Positions 1 through 11,534 of a stretch of 64,000 nt of DNA are shown one piece after another. Numbering within the stretch: the first letter of the stretch is position 1; each line of letters starts with the position of its first letter. Source of the DNA: Felis catus (lineage: Eukaryota); assembly GCF_018350175.1 (NCBI RefSeq), contig NC_058368.1:117244001-117308000 (forward strand). The letters run 5' to 3'. Both the position numbers and the translations under genes were made by a program. The notes below the pieces were generated by a model, which made no database searches, had not been told where the DNA came from, and worked only from the letters and a program-made list of their open reading frames with translations.

Positions 1-532
1 TTTATAACCTCAGCCCCTGACACCATCTCCCCTTGGGATAGCCACACTGGCTTCCCTTAGTCCACTGAACTGGCCAAGCATTTCCCAGCCTCAGAGGCTT
101 GGGGCACGTTCCTCACTCTGCCTGGAAAGCTCTCTCCCACAACACTACTTTCTCCTAGATACTTCATTTTACTTCTCAACATTTTACCTTGAGATGTTTC
201 AAGCTTGTCAAAAAGTTCACTTGTTGAAATAGTGTGATGAACTCAGACATACTGTTTTTACCTAGATTAATCAGTTGTTTGTATTTTGCATTTTTTTCTC
301 TCTCTTTCTCTCTTTCCACACACTTACTACACTTTTTTTTCTGAATATTTGAGAGTTGCAGACATTGTAGTGTTTGAAAAACTTTAGTATACACCTCCTA
401 ATAACAGTAACATTCTCATACAAACCATACAAGAATGATCACGTTTGGGAAATTTAACAGTAGTGTAATAACATGTAGTCCACTGGCAGATTTTCATAAA
501 TGTTCTCCAAATGTCCTTTTAATTTGTTTGGT

Positions 533-636
533 ATTTTTTTTTTTAAAGCAAGCTCTATACCCAATGTGGGGCTTGAACTCATGATCCTAATATCAAGAGT
601 TGCATGGTCTACCAACTGAGCCAGTCAGGCACCCCT
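533..636 (-). mobile_element. Short CAN-SINE
   Basis: Poly-T followed by ...ggggcttgaactc...ctgagccagtcaggcacccc. Confidence 0.85.
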
Positions 637-842
637 GATGTTTTTTTGTTTTTTGTTTTTTTTTTTTGTTTTTTTTTTTCAATTTGGGATTCAATCAAGG
701 AGCATGAATTACCTTTGCTTGCCCTATTGCTTTCGTCTCCTTTAATGTAGAACAGTCTCCTTACTTTTTTGTCTGTCTGTTTTAATGACATGGACATTTT
801 TTAGAGTCCAAGCCAGTTGTCTTTTAAAATATCCCACAATCT

Positions 843-997
843 GGGGCTCCTGGGTAGCTCAGTTGGTTGAGCATCTGACTTCAACTCAGGTCATGAATTC
901 ATGGTGTCAGCACCAAACCCGCTTTGAATCCTCTGTCCCTCTCTATCTATCTGTCCCTCTCTCCCTCTGTCTCAAAAATAAACACAAATAAATAAAA
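843..997 (+). mobile_element. CAN-SINE with internal deletion
   Basis: ggggctcctgggtagctcagttgg head, (CT)n and A-tail. Degenerate TSD aaaatatcccacaatct / aaaatgtcccatgatct. Confidence 0.85.
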
Positions 998-1489
998 TGT
1001 CCCATGATCTGGATTTGCTTATCATTTTCTCACAGTGAAATCAGGTTAACAACCATTTTGGTAGGAATACTGACTGGGTGACATTGTACACCTCCCACAG
1101 CATTACGTCAGGAATCATTTCATGTCATTTTGTTCAGCTATCAGGGATACTCACTTTGTTCACTTAGTTAAAGTGGTATCTTCAGATCTCTCCATTACAA
1201 ATATATTTTAAAATATTTGTGATTAATAAGTACTCTGTGCGTGATATTTGAGACTGTGCAGCAACCTTTCAGTTTTAATATTTTAATATTCACCAGTGAT
1301 TGGTGGTTACGAGGTGGTGATTTTCTGTCATTCCTCCTACCTTTGTTTAGATGGAATTGTCCTACAGATTACCTGGAAATTTATTCAGATGTGAATTCCC
1401 TGTCTTCTAATTTCCCTTTTCCTCAGGGAAGCTTGGACTGATTGAGCTCCCTAGCCCTTACTAAATCAAGACTCCCTTATACACCTTGC

Positions 1490-1680
1490 TCTTTGCCCCC
1501 ATGGCACTTGTCACAGTTACCATTAAATAATTGTGTGATTATTTAATGTCAGCCTCTCAGTATATAGACCATGAGCATCACAGAGACTATGTCAGTCACG
1601 TTCACAACTATAACCCCAGTATCTTGCCCAGTGTCTGGCACACAGTAATTGGTCAGTAAATGTTGGTTGAATAAATGGAC
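1490..1680 (+). mobile_element. L2 3' end
   Basis: cagtgtctggcacacagtaa...cagtaaatgttggttgaataaatg, the typical L2 tail. Confidence 0.6.
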
Positions 1681-2788
1681 ACAGAATTCCAACTGTTGTC
1701 ACTCTGAGAGAGAAATGAGGCTCCTACTTTCCCTTCAACCCTAACTGTCTGATGTGAGGGTATAGAGGACACATAGAGCAGCTGCACTCTGGCCAAGCCT
1801 TAGACTAAGTCCACCTACCTGAGGATGGAGAATCCCAGATCAGGGGAAACCGTAAGCAGGGACAGAACTTGGAAAAATTGTAAAGCATTTCTTGGCTGTG
1901 CTCACCCACCATGACAGAATACACCAACATGATCATGCTCTTGCTCTCTCTGTCTCCCTCTCATGCTTCCAAGGCCTGCCCTGCAGCCCTTACCCTGGTG
2001 CCAGATCCTTCCCTATGGTAACCTCACTCTCTTCGTGCGTTTTTCCCCCCATTCATTCAAGCAAGAAATACTTATTGAGGAACTTTGGCGTTCCAGGAGG
2101 TGCCAAGGGTCACCTAATGGTGTGTGTGTCAGGGTGGCTCTTCCTTCCCTCAAAAACAGAAATAATATGATATTTCAGATTTCCAAAAAACATGGAAATA
2201 CTCACTGTGGGAAAAATCTGAGTTGAGCTGGAATTTCTTCAGGTCATTTATAAGTTAGTGTTTTTAACAATCATCAATCACTTCGTGTTTTTCTCAATGC
2301 TTAGAGTGTCCAAAGGTTTTAATTAGGTGCTTCAGCAGGAGGGGCGCAGACACCATCTTCTACAGACAGTGTAGACAGGTATAGCAGCAGGAGCCATGCG
2401 ACCTGAGCTGCCTGGGGGAGGCACCTGGGCTGGGCTGGGGGGAGTTGCTTAGGAATCCCTCTGACAAATTTTATTCATCTTAGCAAGGTAGAAGTTGGGA
2501 ACTGGCAGTCTAGGGAACACCAGATTTGCTGTGAGAGGGAGCTTGAGGAATTAGGGAAGTGCCTCAGAAAAGGTTTGATTTCTATAGATGGTGCAAGGCA
2601 AGCAAGTATGCTAGGCAAAGGGATTTTTTCAAAGTATTTGCAAACATTATATGTTATAATCCTACAGGCCATCTTTGGGCATGGGATGAGATATAGGTTA
2701 CTAGATCTGGGAGCTCTAGGAGAGGACGGGAGAGGCGTGAGCTAGGCTGGCCTGGGAGACTGTATTCACCATCCCACTCTCTCCTCAG

Positions 2789-2877
2789 CTCCCAAAATGG
2801 CGATGAAACCGGCACTTGGCCCAACAACCAGTTTGACACAGAGATGCTTCAAGCCATGATCTTGGCCTCTGCCAGTG
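2789..2877 (+). CDS. PCDHG: Protocadherin-gamma cluster constant exon 2 (shared cytoplasmic domain), 89 bp
   Basis: Pyrimidine tract and AG at 2787-2788; GTAAGT donor at 2878. Translates to [29 protein letters not shown], the known gamma-Pcdh constant sequence. Phase fits the next exon. Confidence 0.97.
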
Positions 2878-3149
2878 GTAAGTTGTGCCACTGTGTGTGT
2901 GGGGATGGGGGACCTGGGGTTCTGGGGGGAATCCCACAGCCATCTGCCTTAAGACTGGCTATCAACCTGCATGGTTTCTCTGGATCTTTCTCAGAGTCCC
3001 TGAGAGGACTCATAATTCCTGGACAAAAACCCAGGTTGAGAAACAGGTTAAGACTTCCTGGCATGCCTAGAAAAGAGTGAGAAAGGAAAGATTTATTGAG
3101 GGAATAGAGGGAGTGACGTTAAGAGTCCAGCTCCAGAATGGGACCGCAT

Positions 3150-3300
3150 GGGTCGGATCCTACTTCTGTCATTTATTATCTTTGTGAATTTGATCATTTT
3201 GCTTAATCTCAATAAATCTCAGCTTCTTAAAACAAGAAAATGGAGACAGTGGCCTCAAAGGGTTGTTGTGAGGATTAAATGAGATGGTAACACAAAGCAC
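3150..3300 (+). mobile_element. MIR
   Basis: MIR core ...aaaatggag...ggttgttgtgaggattaaatgagat. Confidence 0.6.
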
Positions 3301-3554
3301 AAAGTACTGGACCTGTGACGTACAGGCCCTTCCCTCCATGGTTGTGGGCGTGGATACTCCCAGCACAGAGAACACATTTGGATATGTGAGACCCCTTCCC
3401 TTTGTTGTTGCCCCACCTCCAGAGCAGGATTTTGATTTTCCTAGAAGGCTAACAGAACTTCACATGCAACAGAGATTCAGCCAATGGTTTTTGTCCCTGA
3501 ACAGTCAGAAGGGTCCTGAGTAGGGCAAACAGAAAAACAGAATGATGTTAGCAC

Positions 3555-3760
3555 TTAGGAGCACAAGCTTTGGAGGCAGACCAACCTGGACTCAAATCTC
3601 AGCACCCACACTTAGCCATGAGTCCTCAAGGAAGGTGCTAAGCCCCTCTGGGCTTCACTTTCAGTGACTATCACATGAGAACTAGAACAGATCTTGCTGG
3701 TGTTGTGAGGGCCCAATGCAAGGCCTTAGCATGGGGATGACAGAGTAAGGCACAATAGGT
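3555..3760 (+). mobile_element. MIR
   Basis: agcacaagctttggaggcagac...ctcaaatctcagc...tgttgtgagg. Confidence 0.55.
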
Positions 3761-4293
3761 AGTGGCCAAAATTGATTACCTCTTATCTTGTTTGACCCAT
3801 AAAAGGCAGATGGAGAATAATGCCTATTCATAAGGACTAGTTTTAGGAGCAGCACATCTTGGGCTTCCTATGAAGGCTGTCAGGGCCTTAGACCCTGGGC
3901 TTATTTAGTGCAGTGAAATCCTCTGTCTGGCCTGCAGCACGTGTGGAGGGCTGGGAGAGAACCCAGTAAAATCAGAACAATAATTTTCAAATCATACCTA
4001 TGTTCTGTCCTGGGTGCATGCTAGGCCTCACATCAGTTCATCCTCTTAACCAGCTCTGCAAAGCAGGTCTGTGATTACTTACATCTGACAGATGAGAAAA
4101 CTGAGAAATCCCTTGCTCCAAGGTCCCCATTTTGAGATGCAGATTGGGGATTCTAACCCAGTCTGACTCTCAAGTTCACGCCTTTGCTTTTGCAGCGACC
4201 ATGTCTGCCTTTAGATGCAGCCTACATTTCCCTTTTAGCTGAATAGGTGTACAGGCTAACCTCCTCTTACTGTCTTGCGTTATTCTCCCAGAC

Positions 4294-4496
4294 TAGAGGT
4301 GCCAGATAAAACACAGGAAGCTTGGTTAATTTTAACTTCATGTGAACAACAAATAATATTTTAGCATAAGTAGGTCCCAAACATGAGTATTGGGACATAC
4401 TATATTAAAAAAGAAAAAAACCTGCTCATTGTTTATCTCAAGTTCAGATTTAATTGGGAGTATTCTGCATTTTATTTGTTAAATTTGGCATGCCTC
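4294..4496. mobile_element. Palindromic hAT MITE (MER53-like)
   Basis: TAGAGGTGCCAGATAAAA...AAATTTGGCATGCCTC with a central inverted repeat (gtcccaa...ttgggac). 8-bp TSD tcccagac (4286-4293) / tcccagat (4497-4504). Confidence 0.85.
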
Positions 4497-5295
4497 TCCC
4501 AGATGTCTGTGAGGTTAAGTGAAGCCAGGCCCGTGGTAGTTCACGTGAAGGGGGAGAGGAAGGGGAAAGTGAAGAGGGCAGCAAGCCTTCCGGGACAGAA
4601 CTGGCCCAGGTCTGGGGTGGGCAGGGGATTGTACTTCTGGAGGGGCCAGATACTGAGTATGAAACAGGCAGGTGGGTGGCTCTAGGAGATACCAAGTCAG
4701 GTTCTTGAGGGAAATAGACAGACAGGTATATTTAACTGTTGTGGGTTTTAGCATTACATGCAGGAAGGAGGCTTTTGGCCTAAATCCAGATTTAAGAAAC
4801 AGAAATGGAATCAGTATTTATGGCCTAAAACCCCCCAGGGTCCCCTCCCTTGTCAGGGCTCCACCCCTGTGGCCCACACAGCATCTGACCTGAGTGTAGG
4901 CTAGGGCCTTGGGGATTGGATCCAGAGGGGTTGAAGTGGCAGGGTCAGGCTCTACTCCCACTTTCACACCCGCTTCTCTGCCCTGAAGCCAGAGAGGTTC
5001 CTGGAGTCCAGCCCAGCCTGGCTAAGGGGCTGCTGAGGGGAAGTAAGTAAGAAGGAAAGTAAGTACACTTGGGAGGCACTTTAAATAAACACTTGGGGGG
5101 AAGTGTGTTCTCAAGGAGGTTCTGATTTGCGGTTCAACTGACTCTGGATTAGCTTGACCAGGCCTCCCTGTCTGGAGGTGCTGTCTCAGCCCTGAGCTGG
5201 GGTGGGAAGGGAGGCTGTGAGGCCAGGAGCTGGAGAGGAGGCCAGTGACCTTTGCCCTTTAGGCCAGAGTTTGCCTAGGTTCTTTCTTAATGCCT

Positions 5296-5655
5296 TTTTT
5301 TTTTCCTAAGATTTAATTTTTTAATTTTTAATTTTTATTATTTTTGTTTTTTAAATATTTATTTATTTTGAGAGAGAGCATGAGTAGGGGAGAGGCAGAG
5401 AGAGAGGGAAAGAGGGAGAGAGAGAGAATCCCCAGCAGGCTCCACACTGTTAGCACAGAGCCCCACATGGGGCTTTATTCCACAAACCGTGAGATCTTGA
5501 CCTAAGGTGAAATTAAGAGTTCAGCTGAGCCACCATCAGGTGTTCCAGATTTTATTTTTAAGTAATCTCTACACCCAACGTGGGGCTCGGACTCATAACC
5601 CTGAGATCAAGAGTTTCATGCTCTATTGACTGAGCCAGCCAGCCAGTCACCCCTT
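5296..5655 (-). mobile_element. Two nested CAN-SINEs (a long SINE at ~5325-5547 inserted in the tail of a short SINE)
   Basis: Two heads (ending ~5547 and ~5653). Duplicated agatttaattttt / agattttattttt flanks the inner element. Confidence 0.85.
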
Positions 5656-6176
5656 TCTGGCTGCTTTTTAAAGAATGTTTCTCTATAGAATGGAAAAGAT
5701 CTTGGTCCCTGCTCACTGTGTGCTGGGGGGAGGTAGAAGGAGGGACTGATGAAGAATTGATTCTACAGAAGGTCAGAGGCTGCAATCCACCATCTCCCCC
5801 CTCAGACTTAACAGATGGGGAAATGGAGGCCTGAGTTGTGCAGGGCCTCTGCCAGGGTCACCCAGCTTTCTTAGTGACAGCGCTAAACAGAAGGAACTCT
5901 AGTGTCAGCCTTTTTCTGTTAGGCCCTGGATTTGCACATCTTCTCTCTCCTGGTCCAGCCCAACCTCAAAGTCCCCCACAGAGCCTGGGTCAGCATCAGG
6001 CCTGTGCTTCTGGTGGGAGGTGGCAAGAACTGGCTTTGTCATTTCCACCTCCTTGGGGTGCTCCTTAGAGATCTGGGATGCCGGTGGGATATGGGTGGGC
6101 TTTGCCTCCAGTTACCAAGTCAAGCCCTTTGTGCCCTTCTGTTTCTACCTCCCTTCTCCGTGGTTCTCCCCATTTC

Positions 6177-6243
6177 TGCGTGCACACACATGCGTGTGCG
6201 TGCGTGTGTGTGTGTGTTATGTGTATGTATGTATGTGTGTGTC
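6177..6243. repeat. Alternating purine-pyrimidine (TG/CA/CG) microsatellite
   Basis: tgcgtgcacacacatgcgtgtgcgtgcgtgtgtgtgtg...tgtatgtatgtatgtgtgtgt. Confidence 0.85.
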
Positions 6244-7087
6244 CCCCTCTCTCTCCCTCTCTGGCGCCTCTGAAGTCTCCCCTTTAGCCCCTAAATCACT
6301 CTGGAATCCTAGCTCTTTGAAGCAGAATCTAGGCCCCTTCCCCCACCCCTTCATTCCCAGGCTGGAAGAGGGTATGCTGAAGGGGAGGGTGAGCTTGGCT
6401 CCATCCTGGAGTTAATTAGGGAAAACGTTGAAAAAGTCAATGGAATGAAAGGGCTGGGGGAGGGGAGCAGTCTGGGGAAAGAGAGAAGGAAGTGGGCAGC
6501 TGCTCCCTCCCACCCAGCCTTTCACACACCCCCCAAAGCCCTCAAATCCCGGGATTTGGGACTTGAAATGGAGATTGTAGAAACCCGAGCATTGGAGTGA
6601 GGAGGCAGAAAGACCCAAGGCTTTTCTGTTCCCTTCTCCTGTGCCCTTCCCCCTCTTGTGCTGGTTTTTAAAATAGTTCCTGTCTATTTCTCAATCCCTG
6701 GTTAGTGTCCCAGGATTAGTCAGCCTCTCCGGCTTTAGTCACCCTCTCTACCCACTCCCAGGGTCTAGCTTAGAGTAAAGGGAGGCTGGGAGGAGAACTC
6801 TTGTCAGCTGGGCTGGGTCTTGGCTGGGAATTCCAGGGGCTTTAACCCTGCCACTGCCAGAGGACTCCAGCAGGAGCCCTTGGGAACTCAGGCTGAGTCG
6901 GGGAAATTCCTGGTTTTCCTTGCTGCACCCAGGGAGCATGTAGGGTAGAAGTAACAACACACACTATATGGTGGTGATGATGTGAGCGCTGCACCCAACA
7001 CTGAGTGAGCCCTTACCAAGTGCCTGTGGACTCATGAAGCACTGTCTCATTTGAGCCTCACAAAAACCCAATGGGATAAGTGATCCT

Positions 7088-7190
7088 GTGCTTTTCTACC
7101 TTCAGTGTGCCTAAAAATCACTTGGAAATCTTGTTAAAATGCAGATTCCAAGTCTCCATTTCTAACAAGCTCTCAGGGTGATGCTAAGCT
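7088..7190. mobile_element. MER5A-like hAT fragment
   Basis: aatcacttggaaatcttgttaaaatgcagattcc...catttctaacaagctctcagggtgatgct. Confidence 0.65.
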
Positions 7191-7326
7191 AGAGCCAGAA
7201 TACTTCTCTAGACCCCGTTTCTTCTTGTATACAGTAGGAAGTTGGGCTTGGGGTGTTCTCTGATGTTCCATAGCTCTGATACTGTGAACCTCTGTCTACC
7301 TTGTACCTAAGATACCTGGTCGCAGA

Positions 7327-7475
7327 GAATGGGCCAAGTGGGTGATGGGTATTAAGGAGGATACTTGTGATGACCACTGGGTGTTATAGGTCAGTGATGA
7401 ATCCCTAAATTCTACACCTGAAACTAATGTTACCATATATGTTAACTAACAAGAATTTAAATAAAAATTTGAAAT
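7327..7475 (+). mobile_element. 5'-truncated carnivore L1 3' end
   Basis: gggtgatgggtattaaggaggatacttgtgatgaccactgggtgtta...gttaactaac...aaataaaaa. Confidence 0.85.
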
Positions 7476-8408
7476 CCAAAAGAGAAATAATAGATATCTG
7501 GTCCCGGAATCATCTTTTTAGCCTCCTAGAACATGGCTCATTTTGTCTTCTGTCCTCCTCCTTTATCCTCAGAGTGATAAGATCCAACCTGATGGTGGTA
7601 GTGGTGACTCTCTCTACAGTATATGCTGAGATACACTTAGCCACCCCTGCTTTAACCTGTGATGGCTGCTGTGGCTTTGAGTTAGTCTTTTACCTTCTCT
7701 GGGCCTTGCTTTCCTCATATATAAAGTAAGGATAAATGCCATACCTCACTGGGTTGTCTCACTGAGGCAAAAGCCATCATGCACGTGCAGTATCTAGCAG
7801 AGTACTTGGCACAGAATAGTTGACACTAGTCAACTCCTGTTGCTGTTATGAAATGAATACCTGCAAAACCCCCTGACCCCCTGCTAACAACAGAACTGCT
7901 GAGTGCCCCTACTCTGTGGGCACTGGCTGGTGAAGGATAGGAGGACACACAGGCCCTAGTTGCAGCCCTCCAGGAGACCACAGTCTAGTGTGGAGACCAG
8001 AGAGGCTCCCGTGAGAAGGGTTAGGGCAAGGACTGGAGAGCTTTTATTTATGCCCTGAAAAATAACAGCATGTTTTAGGCCCTACATAATCTTGGTTAGT
8101 CTTCACCCAAACCAGAAGAGGTAGTTGTTATTTTTACCCCTTTTCATAGATCAGGAGACATAGGGATTGCCCCCAATTGGTTAGTAGGTAAAAGAGCTGG
8201 GAATCAAACCCAGCTGGTCTCACTCCAGAGCCACTTACCTCTGCCTCTTTGTTAGAGGGTATTTATCAAAAGGTGTTTATCCCCCTTTGATAGAGATGAT
8301 ATTCTCAGGGCTCACTGTGGTCAGGGCTGGGCGCTCTGCCCATTAACTGGTTGTGCTATAAAAGAGGGACCCAGAGTTTAGCTCTTCACCTTCCTCTCTC
8401 TCTTGCAG

Positions 8409-8635
8409 AAGCTGCTGATGGGGGCTCCACCCTGGGCGGGGGCGCTGGCACCATGGGCCTGAGTGCCCGCTACGGGCCCCAGTTTACCCTGCAGCACGTG
8501 CCGGACTACCGCCAGAACGTCTACATCCCCGGCAGTAACGCCACACTGACCAACGCGGCTGGCAAGCGAGATGGCAAGGCCCCCACCGGTGGCAATGGCA
8601 ACAAGAAGAAGTCAGGCAAAAAAGAGAAGAAGTAA
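8409..8635 (+). CDS. PCDHG: Protocadherin-gamma cluster constant exon 3, coding part (C-terminus)
   Basis: Acceptor ctctctcttgcAG at 8407-8408. Encodes (E)[74 protein letters not shown], with TAA at 8633-8635. Confidence 0.98.
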
Positions 8636-9945
8636 CGTGGAGGCCAGGCCAAGAGCCACGGGGCAACTTCCCTCCCCAACCAGCCCAGCCTCTCCGTATC
8701 TGTACCCAGGCCTCATATTTTCAGGGCTCACCCCCAGATACTGGTAGGGGTCCAGGCCATGCTCCCTTTGAGAAACAGAAACAAGTGCCCAGTCAACACC
8801 CCCCTCTCTGCCCCCAAGGGATTGAATATGCAAAAGGGAGTTCTGCTGGGAACCCCCATCCAGTCAATTGCTGTGCCCATGGGGGTAGTGGGGTTAGTGT
8901 AGACACCATTTATCACACCCCCTTTAGTTACAGCTGAACTTTGCCATCTTCCAAATTCAATCAGGCCCATCCACAATTCCCTGCCTCGCTCCTGTCACCC
9001 CACCCCCTCAGCAGCTCCTCTTTCTTGAATAAGGTGGTGGGGGTGTTGAGGTACCTGGTGACCTAAAAAGGCTCGTAGTTCTGAAGAGTTGGATGGGCGT
9101 CATAACCTCTTGGCCTCTCCAGTTCTCAGACTGCCCCCAAAGCATGGTTTGGTGCCCGTCCCTTCATCTCCTTCCAGAGCCCAAGACCAAGCTCAAGTTT
9201 TGGCAGACATGGTCACCATTGCCATGGTACTGACGCTTGCTGGATTTAGGGAGGGCACTTTGCTACCGTGCCTCTTCCCAGCGCCCTTGGGACCAGTCTT
9301 TTGTTCTGTTTTTCATTGTTTGATGTTCCCGCTGCATGCCGTGACTTCCCCCTCTCCAAACAAGAGACTTCATTGCATGTTCCAAGACAGTATGGGGTGG
9401 TAAGATAAAGAAGGGAAGGGTGTGGATATAGGGGATGGACAAAGCTTGACTTGCCAGTTATCAGGATCTTGCAGAAGGCTCTGTGTCCCCAGGGTACTGG
9501 CCAGATCCCCAATTCCAGCCATAAACCAAGTACCAGGCTGGACTCTCGTTTACCACATTCAAGGCTTGCTCACTCACCTCAGGCAGTGAGCTTTGGGCTG
9601 AGCTATTATTAGCACCAATGGATTTAAACTGGCATTATAGTCAAAGGAAGGTCTGAGGACGTTTGGGACCAGGTCCCCTGGAGAGGTCAGAGGGCCCTCT
9701 GTGGGTGCTGGGTACTCCAGAGGTGCCACAGGTAGAAGCATCAGTGTGGCCCTAGCAGTGAGGCAGGGCCAGCTAGGCGGTTCTTGGTCCCTGGGTTGGG
9801 GAGGCATGGAGCTACAGCAGGGACCAGGTGGACAGAAAGTCTCAGCCTCGGATCTGGGCTTCTCCACAGGGCCCCTGCACTCCTCCAGCCTCTGTTCCTT
9901 CATCTTGCCAGGTGCCATTTCTTCTCCGTGAAGGCCAATGCCCAG

Positions 9946-9984
9946 CCCCTCCCCCCCCACCCCCCCCCCCCCCCCCGCCCCCCC
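9946..9984. repeat. Poly-C tract (G-quadruplex-prone on the minus strand)
   Basis: About 35 C in 39 nt. Confidence 0.9.
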
Positions 9985-9987
9985 AGT

Positions 9988-10001
9988 CTGCTCCCTAGTG
10001 G
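9988..10001 (-). promoter_or_regulatory. CTCF core motif, reverse orientation, in the PCDHG 3' UTR
   Basis: Minus strand reads GG-CCACTAGGGAGCAG, close to the consensus CCASYAGRKGGCRS. Confidence 0.6.
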
Positions 10002-10440
10002 CCAGAGCCTGGTTAAAGTCCCCCAGTGCCTCCTTGTGCATAGACCTTTCTCTGCCCATCCCCTTCTGCCCACCCCCTCCCCCAGGCCCGTACCTCCAGT
10101 GGGGCTGCGCAAGAACCACACCCCAACCCTTAAAGTAGTGTAGAGCCCCCTCCCTCTTTCGGCTGGTGTAGAATAGCCAATAGTGTAGTGCGGTGTGCTT
10201 TTCCGTGATGGCGGGTGGGCGGAGGGCTCCGCGCAGCCATCTGTCGTTGAATCCGCCTGCGGCGGCCCGTGCTGTGTTTTGTGCTGTGTCCATGCGCTGC
10301 GGCGATCCCGTCCCCTGTACTGACTCCTATAAGTGCTTCTCTTCGCATAGTCATGTAGCTCCCCACCCACTCCCCTTCCTGTGTCTCACGCAAGTTTTAT
10401 ACTCTAATATTTATATGGCTTTTTTTCTTTGAAAAAAAAA

Positions 10441-10446
10441 ATTAAA
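10441..10446 (+). terminator. PCDHG polyadenylation signal (ATTAAA variant)
   Basis: ATTAAA with a U-rich upstream element (10395-10430) and a long GT-rich downstream tract (10480-10790). Confidence 0.8.
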
Positions 10447-11006
10447 AGGTTTCTTCTGAAAGGTTGAACGGTTCTGTGTAAGAGACGGAGGCTCCTAGCA
10501 TGTGTGGATGAAGTGCTAAGAGGTGTATGCGGGAAGAAGGGCGGGATCGCGAGGCTATTGTATTTGCGTCTTGGTTTTGTGTCGCTGCCCTTGAGTCTGT
10601 GTGACAGTCAAATGTGGCTGTGTGTGCTTGCAATACTGTTGTGCATATTTAACAGTACACAATCGACTGTAATTGCGCTTGTGGATCGGTATACCGTTGT
10701 GTGTAATCGTTTTATGGGTCTGTTGAGGAGGGGGATCTCTGAGCGCTGCGTGGCGCTGTGCAGTTGAGGGTGCAATTGTATGCTTGTGGCTCTCTCTCCC
10801 TTAAGGTTCTAAGCGCCAGTCTCCCGGCAGAAGAGGAGACTCCAGAGCGGGGGAGGACTGTGTTGGCAATGGCTACAGAGCTGGAAATCGGGTGGTGGAC
10901 ATTTCCTTAGTTTTCCCCTCTTCCCTGCTAAAATTAACACCCCACAGTACCTTTGTGGGCTCCTTCATAGGAGGGTGGATTCTCCTTTGACCACTCCCCT
11001 CCACCC

Positions 11007-11036
11007 TGGCTGCCTAGTGGCTTTGGGAACACCGCA
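11007..11036 (-). promoter_or_regulatory. CTCF motif with upstream module, reverse orientation, intergenic
   Basis: Minus strand reads TGCGGTGTT-CCCAAAG-CCACTAGGCAGCCA: a TGCAGT-like upstream module plus an imperfect core. Confidence 0.45.
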
Positions 11037-11520
11037 CAAGAGGGCGGGCTACATATAGCCTGGGCCTCGATTCACCCATCTGGAAGTCACCTTCCCACTC
11101 TCTGTGGCAAAGCCAAGGAAAAGTAGAAGGTTCATCACTTTGTTGCTGGGGATGGTGTGGGGTGCCCTGTGTCAAGGCGATTGAAGAGTGAGTATACAGG
11201 ATAGATTGTCGGTAGACCCAGACTATCTTCCCTTGTTCCTCTTCTCCCTCTCTCCTTGCTTTTCCATTCACTTCTCAGCCCTCCTCCCCTCCCCTCTTCC
11301 TCAGTCTGCCTCCTTGGAACACAGTGGGAATTGGAGGTGTCCTCTGCAGGAAGTACAGAGGAGAGAAGACCGGGTGCAGAGGATTGACACAGACCCACTG
11401 GGGTTATCTGGCGGATCCGGGAAGGCATGCCTAACTGCAGGGTGGAAGGAGGCAGTCTGTGGGCTTCCTATGCGCATCCTCCCAGAGCCTGGTCATGTGT
11501 TTTGCCAGCTCCTGAAGTCG

Positions 11521-11534
11521 GTTGTCACGGAAAC
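11521..11534. promoter_or_regulatory. RFX X-box-like motif
   Basis: GTTGTCACGGAAAC, two mismatches to GTTGCCATGGAAAC. Confidence 0.4.

Larger units (their letters stand above)
330..1340 (-). mobile_element. Old L1M (L1MC-like) 3' fragment interrupted by two SINEs
   Basis: Decayed L1M 3' UTR motifs (gttgcagacat..., ccagttgtctt...atcccac...ctggatttgct). Boundaries are approximate. Confidence 0.55.
8636..10465 (+). other. PCDHG: PCDHG common 3' UTR (~1.8 kb)
   Basis: Repeat-free sequence following the stop codon, ending at ATTAAA and followed by GU-rich sequence. End coordinate is approximate. Confidence 0.85.

Noticed and set aside
9574..10370. 239-aa and 156-aa minus-strand ORFs antisense to the PCDHG 3' UTR
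   Set aside because: GC-rich, stop-poor UTR sequence with Gly runs from the poly-C tract. No recognisable domain or exon structure.
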